Notes under the pieces: model-generated
What the model saw: the letters and a program-made list of their open reading frames with translations, nothing else
Databases searched by the model: none
What the model was told of the DNA's origin: nothing
Position numbers and translations under genes: made by a program
Source: Epithemia pelagica
Taxonomy: Eukaryota > Protista > Bacillariophyta
Direction: 5' to 3'
Assembly (NCBI GenBank): GCA_946965045.2
Contig: OX337228.1
Coordinates: 3,286,001 to 3,350,000, forward strand
Length of the DNA stretch: 64,000 nucleotides
Part shown: in pieces, positions 13,427-24,400 of the stretch
Position numbering within the stretch: the stretch's first letter is position 1
Layout: each line of letters begins with the position of its first letter

Positions 13427-14236
13427 TGGTCATTTCTGGTCAATTTGGTCATTTCTGGTCAATTTTAGACGAGGCATGGCGTGCGCGGGCACGGACACTC
13501 AGGCATAAAAGTGACTGTCGCACGACAACGTGAGCCGATCAGACCATCTCGCAGAGCCCCACCCCATAAACAAGAACCCAAAATGCTATCAATTGTCTCA
13601 TTTTTCCCGAAGAACAAAGAAAGCAAACCCTGCGGATGGATCCAATGCATGCAACAATCAAACAAAGCTGTCAACACTACTTTATAAGGTAGAAAATGAG
13701 GACATCCTGTTACAAAGGATCCTGCATCCTGCATGGAAAAGCGAAAACTCTTGACCATCTATTCTACTTGGGATTGTAGCCTCTCGGCTTGGCTACCTAC
13801 AAAAGATGGGATTAGGTAGATCGTCACAGCTCATGCAATAAAATATGGATCCATCCATGTCCACAACAAGCTAGAATGTGTGAATTGGAAACTGGTAGCT
13901 TTTCCCTTTCCAGTTTCCAATCAATAGATATAGCTAATGCTACTGGTCGTCTAGGAGTACCTAGCTAGAATATCCTTTACCTAGCTAGATGAGCCTAGCA
14001 TAGGTAGCGATCCTGAGTCCCGTATGGTAGTACGGGAGTACAACATACTCGTACTCGTAGGGGTCAGAGTCAAAATGGTTGGGACGGGATCCCAATCCCA
14101 TCGGGCGTGGGGTGGGGGTTGCTGATTTTAGATCGGCTTAAATAAAATCCCGCCTACGCGGAAAATGTCGGCGCGCTCTATAATGGCCTCTCCGACTCTA
14201 ACCTAAAAAGTACAAAAAATTGACCAGAATTGACCA
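13427..14236. repeat. Intergenic segment bounded by a 21-bp inverted repeat; possible non-autonomous element
   Basis: TGGTCATTTCTGGTCAATT occurs twice in tandem (13427-13464). AAAATTGACCAGAATTGACCA (14216-14236) is a 20/21 reverse complement of 13446-13466. No TSD recognised. Confidence 0.35.
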
Positions 14237-14559
14237 TCGCCAGAATAGGATCATCTGGGGAGTAGTGTAGAGTATTTGATATTACTGGGGACTAACCCTA
14301 CCCTCTAATCCTAATCTAGTAGCTAGAAAGCTAGTTTTTGCAGTTACTCCTACTAAGCAGTTAGCAGAATCAAAAAGCAGAAGTACCTGGAACCCTATCC
14401 CCAAATCACAATTATTATGGCAAGAGCAGCCTTTTCTGAGCCTTTACTCTACTGCCTAGTATGAACTCTTTAGCGAGATTGCAGTTAGCAGAATCAGAAA
14501 GCATATGTGACCTGGCGCTTTCAGCATTTAGCAGTTATGGAAACTCTGGCGCAAAATTA

Positions 14560-14639
14560 GCCTTTACTGAGAATCGAACCCAGGACCCAGGACCTTGTCA
14601 TTACTAATGACATGCTCTAACCAAATGAGGTATAAAGGC
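14560..14639 (-). tRNA. tRNA-Thr(AGT), variant or pseudogene with a 7-nt duplication
   Basis: Acceptor stem GCCTTTA/TAAAGGC; anticodon stem TGTCA/TGACA with loop TTAGTAA; T arm CTGGG-TTCGATT-CTCAG; TTTT tract just downstream. Extra 7-nt copy (CCCAGGA twice on the + strand) in the variable region and C at position 10. Confidence 0.85.
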
Positions 14640-14985
14640 GCCGTCGACGCGCACTTGTCACTAGAGATCCGAAATGCTGGAAGAACACCCCGTCCGTCAT
14701 CCGTCAACCACAATCCACAATACGGATGTGGCGATAATATCTTATGCAGAGCCGAATCATGTATAAAATCTCGCGCTCGTCCATGGACGCGCCGGGCCGG
14801 ATGAAGCAAGCCAAGAACTTGACCCAACGCCAAAGCCACGATCCAAGCGCCCAGCGCTGTGCTGTGCTGTGCTGTGGTGCATTCAAAAGTGGTCTGAACC
14901 GATAGAGCAGAGAAGTCTTGTGCTGGATCAGTTCACTTTGTGTATCTCATCAGTGAAGAGTGAAGACCAGTAACATTCCTTCAAG

Positions 14986-17780
14986 ATGGCACGTTGGTTC
15001 CGTTCGGAGCCTATGGAGTATATCTCCTTCATTGTGAATGAAGATGCGGCACACGACTGCTTGGCTGATCTTGGCCGCATGGGTGTAATTCAATTTACCG
15101 ATGTGAGTCGAATGACCAACCGCTTGTAGCTGATATGCTCTCCTTCGCCTTTTTCTTGCAGATTTCTTGTTTTTGATAAATATTTTTGGTAAACTGATGC
15201 GTGTGGCCCTCTCTTTTCTTTAATATTTTTCAGCTGAATCCGGATTTGACCCCCTTCCAACGTCGCTATGTGTCCTACGTGAAACGTTGCGACGAGCTCG
15301 AACGCAAGCTTCGGTTTTTCACCAATGAAATTGAGAAGTTTGACCTGGAGCTTGTGTCAGCTGGAACGGTTGACAACTTCGTCAACTCCCCAACCCTTGT
15401 GTCAGGCACCACCGATGCCACGAAACGAAGTGGTGCTCAGCTTTTGGAGTCGATGGAAGTCGAGTTGGAGCAGTATGAATCGCAGCTCAGAGAGCTTAAT
15501 TCCTACTCTGAGAAGTTAACCCGTGAATACAACGAAAAGGTTGAGCTTCAAGAAGTCTTGGAGAAGGCACGCCGATTCTTCATGACTGATGCTCCGCGTC
15601 TTGCCGTATCCGAACTCACCACCGGAGCTGGTGGCACCGGTACTCAGGCTAGTCTTCTTGAATCCGAGATTCGTCCCGACCTGGATATGCGTTTCTCCAG
15701 TATTACTGGTGTTGTAGCTACCGAAGAGAGGATGCGATTTGAACGCATGATCTTCCGTGCTACTCGCGGTAACTGTTACATTCGCTTCGCTTCCATCAAA
15801 CAGCCCATCACCGACCCTGAATCTGGCGCCATGGTGGAAAAGTCTGTCTTCATCATCTTTTACAAGTCTGAATCCATTGAAACCAAGCTGAAGAAGATCT
15901 GTGATGCCTTTTCTGCTCACCGCTACTCTCTTCCGGACATGGACGATTCTCCTGCTGTTGACAAGATGTTGACCGAAAATGCTCAGGAGCTTGTTGATAG
16001 TCGTACTGTTCTCCTCAAGAACCAGGATACTCGTTATCGCCTCTGTCAGCTTCTTGCTAAACATACGGAGCGCTGGACATGGATTGTTCTCCGCGAAAAG
16101 GCCGTCTACCACTCCCTCAACATGTTCAAGGCAGATGTTTCAGGAATGCTTCGTGGAGAAGGTTGGGTTGTGTCCGAATCGTTGGATAAAGTTCGTGAAG
16201 CAGTTGAACACGCTCATGCGAATATGGATTTGACGATGCCTAGTTTGGTTGACCATGTCCCTCAGCCGTGGCCAACGCCACCGACCCATTTCATCACGAA
16301 CAAGTTCACTTATGGATATCAAGAATTTGTGAACACCTACGGAATCCCTCGTTATCGGGAAGCCAACCCTGCCCTTTTCACCGCAGCTACGTTTCCATTT
16401 CTTTTTGGTGTCATGTACGGAGATATCGGTCATGGGTTGTTTCTCTTTCTTTCCGGATGCACCCTTCTTTGGAACGAGAAGGCTAACGACAATGCTAAGC
16501 TTGGAGAGATGGGTGAAGGCATGCACGCTGGTCGCTACATGATCACCATGATGGGATTCTTTGCTGTTTATGCTGGATTGATGTACAACGATTGTTTCTC
16601 GCTCGGTATCAATTTCTTTGGTTCGCGCTATCAGTTCGAGGGTCAGGACACAGGAGATGTTGAAGATGGAGATGTTGCGGCTCTTCAAGGCCAGTATGGT
16701 GCCGAGAGCTCCGTCTACCCATTTGGATTGGATCCCATCTGGCATGTGACATCCAATGAACTGTTGTTTTTCAACTCGTTCAAGATGAAGCTGTCTGTAA
16801 TTTTTGGTATTATTCAGATGTTCTCCGGAACATGCCTCAAAGGCTTGAATGCGGTTTATTTTAACGAGCCTCTGGACTTGTTGTACGAGTTCATTCCTAT
16901 GGTTGTCTTTGCGGCGTCAATGTTTCTTTACATGGTATTCTTGATCTTTTTGAAATGGTCGATCAACTGGAATTCGCGCATGCTCTCCGCGACGTGCCTC
17001 GATCCTTATGGTGATACATGGGGCTCCGCTGATTATGATGGTGAATGGAAGGAGTGCAATAACCAGAACGGTGATGGCTACTGTACACCCTGGGGTTACG
17101 CTTGTGACGGTTCTGAAACCACTGTTGATAAATGTCCTCTTGACTTTGGTGGATCTGGCGACGGTTGCCAACCCCCAAATCTTATCACCACACTCATCAA
17201 TATTGCTCTCAACCCTGGTGTTGTTGATGAACCTATGTACGGAAATCAAGGTGGCATCCAAAACATTCTTCTTCTTGCGGCATTTATATCGGTCCCCGTC
17301 CTTCTTTTGGCTAAGCCGTTGCTTCTTTCCCAACAACAGCACCAGCCCATTCAACATCATTCGGATGACACTGAAGGTGCCAACGGAGGCCACGGTGAAG
17401 ATGAGGAAGAAGAGCACGGTTTCGGAGAGATTGTCATCCATCAAGCTATTGAAACGATTGAATTTGTACTTGGTATGGTCTCCAACACTGCATCGTATTT
17501 GCGTCTCTGGGCCCTTTCTCTTGCGCATTCTGAACTCGCGACGGTTTTCTGGGAGAAAGCGATGCTTTCTACTTTGAACATGAACTGGTTTGCGGCGTTT
17601 ATTGGATATGGTGTCTTTGCTGGTGTGACGTTTGGTGTTCTTTTGATGATGGACGTCTTGGAGTGTTTCTTGCACGCTCTCCGTCTTCATTGGGTCGAGT
17701 TCCAGAACAAATTTTTCAAGGCTGATGGTGTGCGCTTTGCTCCCTACTCGTTCAAGCAGATTATCAAAGATGCGGCGTAG
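14986..17780 (+). CDS. VHA-a: V-type H+-ATPase V0 subunit a, 2 exons (14986-15102, 15234-17780)
   Basis: MARWFRSEPMEYISLIV...GVIQFTD/LNPDLTPFQRRY, REANPA, FLFGVMYGDIGHG, SNTASYLRLWALSLAHSEL, FLHALRLHWVEFQNKF; GT-AG intron 15103-15233. Confidence 0.97.
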
Positions 17781-18308
17781 ACATGACTTAGTTCGATTAA
17801 GTATCCTTGTTTAGTTACGATATGATGTTAGTTTTGTTCGACTGAGTTCAGTGAACGATGTCGGGTAGATCGTTTAGATGGGGTCTGGGGTGGAAATTTC
17901 AACAATCATGACTGCAAAACAGACATAGTCATCTGACAATCGATCAGGAAGTACAATGACAAATTTGGACAGGGATTTGAACGTTAACTATGATAAAAAT
18001 AAGATATCAGAATATACAGAGTTGCACATTTTATGATGTGTTCAGGTCATTTTGTTGACTGTAAACCGCGCAGGGTCATAAGTCGATTAACTGTACAATT
18101 CAAAAATATATCTATTGTAATAAACAAATATCGTGATTTTCCCAACCATTAACAAATGACTTTTACAAGATGGGATATGAAGAAAAGATGGTTAAACGAA
18201 AGAAAGATTTCTCTGTTGAGTTGAAACCATCCCGTGAACTACCCTGGGGCCGATACCAACGCCTTTGCCGAGACTGCTCTGCCCCGCTCCTCTTGGATCC
18301 CGTCGCGG

Positions 18309-21300
18309 ATGACGGCGGCGCCGGAAACGGCGCGCTCCGCGGACCCGCCATGGTCATTTTCGGCGAAAACTACACGACCCATGGTGCACCCACGACCGAA
18401 ACGCCAATTCGTCCCCCAAACCACACCCAGAAGTCCCGAGACGGCCCGGGCAAGCAAGGCGAATCTTCCACTCGTCATGGAATTTCTACCTCGTCTGCGA
18501 AAAACCAAACCGAACTCACCACCGGACGGCAACCCGGCCCATGGCCGAAGCCAACAACCAGCAACAACCAAACCCACAAGGCCCAACAGGCACAACGTAC
18601 ACCCGGTCCAACACGAAATCCCCGACCCGCCGAACACCACGCAGCAACGGATCTTTTCAGACAGAGGCCACCACACCGACCAACCAGACGGCAAACCAAC
18701 AGCCGACACCATGGCCACAATACACGTCGTCTCCTCAACACTCCCTCAAGGGAACCTTAGCCACCCACCGCCGCGACGAGCTCGGTATCCAACAAGATCA
18801 ACCGCTACCCAGACAGACACCCGACTCCTACGGCCGCGTGGAGTACCGACACCAACACCAAGTCATCAACCAAATGACCAACCAAATGACCCAAAGGAAA
18901 GACAAACCACTCTCACAACTTTGGAAAACCCAGTCTTTCCCAAGTTACCAGCCTGCTCCCGCAGTCCCCAGTCCTCCGACCCGCCCACCAGCACCATGCA
19001 CGTCCACTCCAAGCCTACCCTTGGCCGCCCGCCTGCCCACCGCGGCAACAAACTCGCCCCTGCGGTGACAACCAAGCCATCTCCCACCTACAAGCCGTCC
19101 GGAAAGCCCTCGCGCAACCATTCTCCGACCATGGAACCCCCCGCCGCCGAGCAGCAACACCCCACCGACGCCACCACCATCACCCCAGAGAAGAACACCC
19201 ACAAACACCACGACGGCAGCAACCAACACACCAACACCGGCACCGAACTCTCCCATCAAACCAACCAGAAAAACGACAAAAACCAAACCAACGAAAACAC
19301 CAACAACCATAAAAATGACAAAAATCAATCCAACGACAACACCAACACCCACAAAGACGACAAACACCAAGCCAAAGACTCCGCCGGCAACCACACCCAG
19401 CCAATCCCAGCCACCCACTACAACATCGCCGCCAATACAGGGGGCGAAGACAACAAGGACTCCACCGAGACCAACCAACCCCCCACCGACGAACCCAACG
19501 ACGAAGAAAACCACAACGGGCCAGCCAACAGCAAGCCGAACAACGAAACCACCACCTCCATCCACAATCCGTACCGCAAGTCGCCAGCCCCGAAAACAAA
19601 GAAACCGCCAGCCCAAGAGCCGGCACTCTTGATCCACCTTCATGTGGCGGTGAATCACAACCCCAATCCACAGGTGGAAGCCACGCTCCCCCGCCTGACG
19701 GAAGAGTCACTCACTGAACACTTCAACCACGTGTTCCAACACCACAATAAACGAGAAGACCCAATGTGGTTGCAAGTGCATTCGATGGATTTCATCGAAA
19801 CAAAACAATCAGGACGCCCCACCGGGCGCAACCAAAACGAAAGCCCCAACCGTCCCCGAGGAGGACACACATCCACCTTCCACATGACCCTGTCGCCCGC
19901 CCCCGCCAACGACCAATTCGACACCAAAGTCTTCACGGAACAAGGGCTACGTTTTGCCCTCCAACTCTGGCATCGCCACCACCAGTCCGACTTCCTCTTC
20001 GACGAATACGGGTACCAATACATTCTCCGCCCTGGTACGGCGCAGTCAAACCCCACGGTCAACCCCCGGTACGACCAGATTCACGTTTATGTCCCAGCAT
20101 GCAACAACCGCACCAGCGACACGTTCGGCATCATCGTCGGAGTTCCAGCGATGGCGGTAAAACACCGACGCGGCTTTATGGACCTGGCCCTCGCCATCCG
20201 TGAATGCCTCTACCCCCACCTACCGAAAAAACTACAAGGCGACGACTTCTTCGACCATATTGGATGTCGAGGGGGCACCTTTAGTGGCGACCTAAAGTCC
20301 AAACAACGTGGACAGGTCCAAGTCATCTACCTAGCAGCGTCCTCACGCAGCAACTTCGAAGCCCTGCTTCGTTCCTACAACGCCTTTCGGGCATCGAACC
20401 GAGGAATGGAAATGGAATGGACAGACAACACGATCCAACTTCTTCCAATGCCAAAGAACCAAACCACCAGGACAACAACACTGGAAGCACTCAAGGATGT
20501 CGACCAATATTTTGGCGCATGCATCAAAATAAAACTTAGGCACATCAACCACGAGGCAACGGATGACGAGTGGGCACAACTTAAGGATATGGAAGAATTC
20601 GTTGCACTCTTCCCTGAGTTCTGCAACGAAGACCCCTCCCCCCAAGCGTACACATTGTATCTGCGTCGTACTCCCGACACACACCACCTGGACGGAACGA
20701 CCATTCGGCAGCACACTGGATTCCCAACCAACATGCTTCTCCCTTCGCTGGCCGCAATCGCCGCGACTCCCCCCTCCCCAGAGTCCACCACCCAACAACA
20801 AGGCAACTCAACACCGTCGAGCCACACTTCACGCCTTCTCGAGTTCACCGACCGACTCTTACGTCGGAAACCTACCAGCTGCGGAAAAACAAATCGCGCA
20901 AGCCCCCCGGGAACACCACCACCAACAAAACGAGCAGCACCAAACCACGACTCCAGCGACCACAGCGAGAAATCGGACCCACACGACGACGGTACCGATT
21001 GGCAGACGGTTATAGCCAAATCCCCACAGTTGCAGAACCCAACACACCCAGACGACGGAAAACCAAAAGCCAAAAAACGAGCAAACCAATATGACGACTT
21101 GGCCGACGAACTGTCCGACGACGACAACGTCGAAAGCAACCACAACCAAAGCCGCCACTCCAACGACGAAGACGAAGAGATGGCTGACGCCGACGAATGG
21201 GACAACCACTCCCACTCGTTGCTTACACCAGAGGACGACCACCACAACGGACAATCCGCCCCGACCGGTGATGAAATCGCAATGATCTTCTCGTACGTCC

Positions 21301-21497
21301 GAGAAAACAACCCATCCCGCCTCCCAGAAATCAGGAGGTATCTGGAAAACACAAGGTCCTTTGCAACGGACACAGACGCGCAAGATGCGTGGGAGTACGC
21401 CCAGTCGTTGGTAGAGACGGGTCCTCCCACCATCGCCGGCACCCGCACCGGCCATGTGGTCCCGCATGATACATGGGCCAAGGAGCCAAATGAGTAG
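18309..21497 (+). CDS. ORF1 of the non-LTR element (about 1060 aa; low-complexity flanks around a central globular region of unknown family)
   Basis: Open frame 18234-21497 with first ATG at 18309; its stop overlaps the ORF2 start (ATGAGTAG, 21490-21497). Confidence 0.75.
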   Translation: MTAAPETARSADPPWSFSAKTTRPMVHPRPKRQFVPQTTPRSPETARASKANLPLVMEFLPRLRKTKPNSPPDGNPAHGRSQQPATTKPTRPNRHNVHPVQHEIPDPPNTTQQRIFSDRGHHTDQPDGKPTADTMATIHVVSSTLPQGNLSHPPPRRARYPTRSTATQTDTRLLRPRGVPTPTPSHQPNDQPNDPKERQTTLTTLENPVFPKLPACSRSPQSSDPPTSTMHVHSKPTLGRPPAHRGNKLAPAVTTKPSPTYKPSGKPSRNHSPTMEPPAAEQQHPTDATTITPEKNTHKHHDGSNQHTNTGTELSHQTNQKNDKNQTNENTNNHKNDKNQSNDNTNTHKDDKHQAKDSAGNHTQPIPATHYNIAANTGGEDNKDSTETNQPPTDEPNDEENHNGPANSKPNNETTTSIHNPYRKSPAPKTKKPPAQEPALLIHLHVAVNHNPNPQVEATLPRLTEESLTEHFNHVFQHHNKREDPMWLQVHSMDFIETKQSGRPTGRNQNESPNRPRGGHTSTFHMTLSPAPANDQFDTKVFTEQGLRFALQLWHRHHQSDFLFDEYGYQYILRPGTAQSNPTVNPRYDQIHVYVPACNNRTSDTFGIIVGVPAMAVKHRRGFMDLALAIRECLYPHLPKKLQGDDFFDHIGCRGGTFSGDLKSKQRGQVQVIYLAASSRSNFEALLRSYNAFRASNRGMEMEWTDNTIQLLPMPKNQTTRTTTLEALKDVDQYFGACIKIKLRHINHEATDDEWAQLKDMEEFVALFPEFCNEDPSPQAYTLYLRRTPDTHHLDGTTIRQHTGFPTNMLLPSLAAIAATPPSPESTTQQQGNSTPSSHTSRLLEFTDRLLRRKPTSCGKTNRASPPGTPPPTKRAAPNHDSSDHSEKSDPHDDGTDWQTVIAKSPQLQNPTHPDDGKPKAKKRANQYDDLADELSDDDNVESNHNQSRHSNDEDEEMADADEWDNHSHSLLTPEDDHHNGQSAPTGDEIAMIFSYVRENNPSRLPEIRRYLENTRSFATDTDAQDAWEYAQSLVETGPPTIAGTRTGHVVPHDTWAKEPNE

Positions 21498-24400
21498 GCA
21501 GGCACAACGAATACGGCACTGCCCAGTCCCCAACTGCAACTGGCAGGTGCCAACAATCAACAGAAAACCACAGGCGGCTCTTAAAGAGCACCTCATCACC
21601 CAACACAAAGAAACGTCACCAACCGACTACATGACCCCTGAATACTGCACAACTCACAGTTTCCACATTTGCCGACACTGCGACACTCCCAGCACCATCT
21701 ACACCACACCAGGGCACCTCAAACAACATATAACAACAACACAGAGTAGGAAAAAAACAAACATCGACCTAGTTACAACCACCTACCGACATCTATCCCC
21801 ACAGGCACAAGCACACTGGAAAGAGAGCATGGCCTGGCTACACCAACTCCAACCCCAGCCGCCACCCTTTCGCCGCACCACTTGGCACAAACTCAAGCAC
21901 CCACTGCGTCGAGAGTTTTTCGTCTGTTACAACACCGTCGTTTCATGGGTACTGGAATCCACTCCGGAACTACACCCCTCTGTCCTCCGAGATGACCAAC
22001 CACCAGCATGGAACAATGACAGCACCCCGTTTTGGAAACTTCTGGTGCTGCTTGAACCCCTGCTACTCGCACCTATCAAAGGAACCGTACACAAGACACA
22101 CTCCGACGCCCTCCGCACACGAGTAAGCCTCTTCAAGAATGGCCGGATCAAAGAATTACACGAAATGACCTGGAACCCACAACCACTGCCGACCAACCAC
22201 CGGCACACCAACAGAAACAAACCAAAGAAACCGTCAAGACACCACCAACAACCACAAACGACGACACAACTGCCCCCGAACAGACTGAAGTCTGCACAAC
22301 ACGCAGCAAACGTCGGAAATTACACGACAGCGTACAAGCGCTTGATGTCGCATATGCCCACAGCAAAACTCACCCCGCCACGGATTGCAAGAATACAAGA
22401 AGAACTGTTTCCGAAACGGCGGAACCCCCCACCAGGAACAAGAGCAACAGGAACTGTGCAATCTCCGCCACCAGCAAGACAACACTTGCAACTCACCAAG
22501 GACCTTTTCGAACTGTCCTTGCGCCAAATGAAACCAGGAACCGCCTCGGGCCCGTACGCCACTTGCACGGACGCACTCGTCTCAATGGCGTTGCATAAAA
22601 CAGCAAACACACCTGACGCCACCAGACCATACTTTTCCAACCTCATGGCACTGACCCAGTTGATTGTTACGGGACAAATACCAATAACAATCCAAACACT
22701 CCTAGCGGGAAACTACTTCTTGGCCCTCCACAAAGATCTGACAAATTTGGAAAAACTCCGGCCCATAGGCATCGGAATCGCCCTGCGACGACTCGCGGCA
22801 AAAACAGCGTTAGTACACATGACTGATGCAGTACGGCCCATCCTCCTCAAGGGAGGACAATACGGAATTCAAACTCCAGGTGGCGTGGATTTCGTCGCCC
22901 AAACCACCACGGCAGCCGTGCACAAATATATCCACTGTGACAACGAAGACAACTTACCATCACGCAGCCTCCTCCTATTGGACCTTCGCAACATGTTCAA
23001 CAACACTTCAAGGACGGCAGCACGAGAAATTCTCATCAACGATCCAGCTACCGCACCACTGGTCCCCCTCTATGACTTGCTCACGGGCAAACCTTGCCAA
23101 TCATGGTTCTTCGATGCAAACCACAATCCAGATTACTTCCTCCAAGAGGAAGGATTCCCACAGGGCTGTCCTCTCAGCCCATTATTCTCATGCCTCCTTC
23201 TGTTGGCACTGACAAATCGAATCAACAAAGAACAAGCCGCGAGAGCAGCGGCAAGAAAAGCCAATGGCGATAACTATGACGACGGCAAAGGCGGCATCGC
23301 GCACTCGGCGTCGATTATGGATGATACATCCATTTGCCTACCCCACCCGGATATCGACTGGTTCATTCAACGGTTTCAACAGCTGGGTGAGCCCATGGGA
23401 ATCCAACTCAACGGCACAAAAACAAAAATTCTTACCTCAACCACACAGGTATCCCCCAAGGACAGACTGCCCGTCCACCACCAACAATGCCTCCAACAGG
23501 CACTGACCCTTCTCTGTCCCGACAACCCAAAAACACCAGAACTGACCTCAGGCACCCGCTTCCTCGGACAGCCCATCGGCTCGGCACAATTTGCCCAACA
23601 ATTTCTTCGGGAACGACTCCAAACGATGGAAACCAACCTAGACAAACTGAACCAACTAGACGACCTTCAAACACGAAGCAGTCTTTTTCGGTATTCCTTC
23701 ATACCGGCAATTCTCCACCTCCTACCTGCCGATATCGTCCAGGCCAACCCACCTGCCAACCAGAGATCCACCCTGTGGACAAGCCCAATCACGGCAACAA
23801 CCAACCGGTTGATTGCTAAGTTTGTGTCCACACTCGCCTCGTGTGTCGAAACCGACGTAACCGAACAAACAACAACCATTGCCTCCCTGCCCAACCGACT
23901 GGGAGGGCTGGGATACCACAGCGCCGCCGCAGCAGCATACCCACGTCTCATCACACAAACTGCACGAGCAATCAAACTGGCACTGTCCAAATCTTCCCCC
24001 GTCCCAACGCATCACCAACAACAATACATCAACTGGGAACATAGCGAAGACCCGGCCATCACAGCTTACCGCAAAGGTCTGTCACTATTCAATGCCGAAT
24101 ACGCCGACCAAACACTGCATGACCCCGATCGTTTCGATCATACTACCCACAACCGACAACTCAACCATGTCCTCAAAGAACATGTAATTCCCAGACTGAT
24201 CGAACTCACCGATCCCGCACAACGCGCCTTCCTCCCTTCACTCCTGTCACCGTTGACGAGTATGGCACTCCACCTCCCACGCCCAGCCGAACGATTTCGA
24301 CTCGACAATCCAATCTTTCGGACGGCAATACGTAGAAAACTCCGGCTACCACTCTTCCACACCCAAACCAACAGTCGATGCCGCTGCAGCAAGAACCTTG

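Noticed and set aside
15516-17690. Antisense ORFs of 198-257 aa across the V-ATPase gene
   Set aside because: They fully overlap a well-supported conserved CDS and show no independent motifs.
18299-18330. Calling a hammerhead ribozyme as a feature
   Set aside because: The core has CGGATGA rather than CTGANGA and only one nucleotide where stem I should be; kept only as a low-interest finding.
18239-21608. Many long antisense and alternate-frame ORFs over the LINE (e.g. 18945-19658, 20375-21556, 20859-21608)
   Set aside because: Shadow frames caused by the strong C/A strand bias; G/V/W/C-rich products with no motifs.
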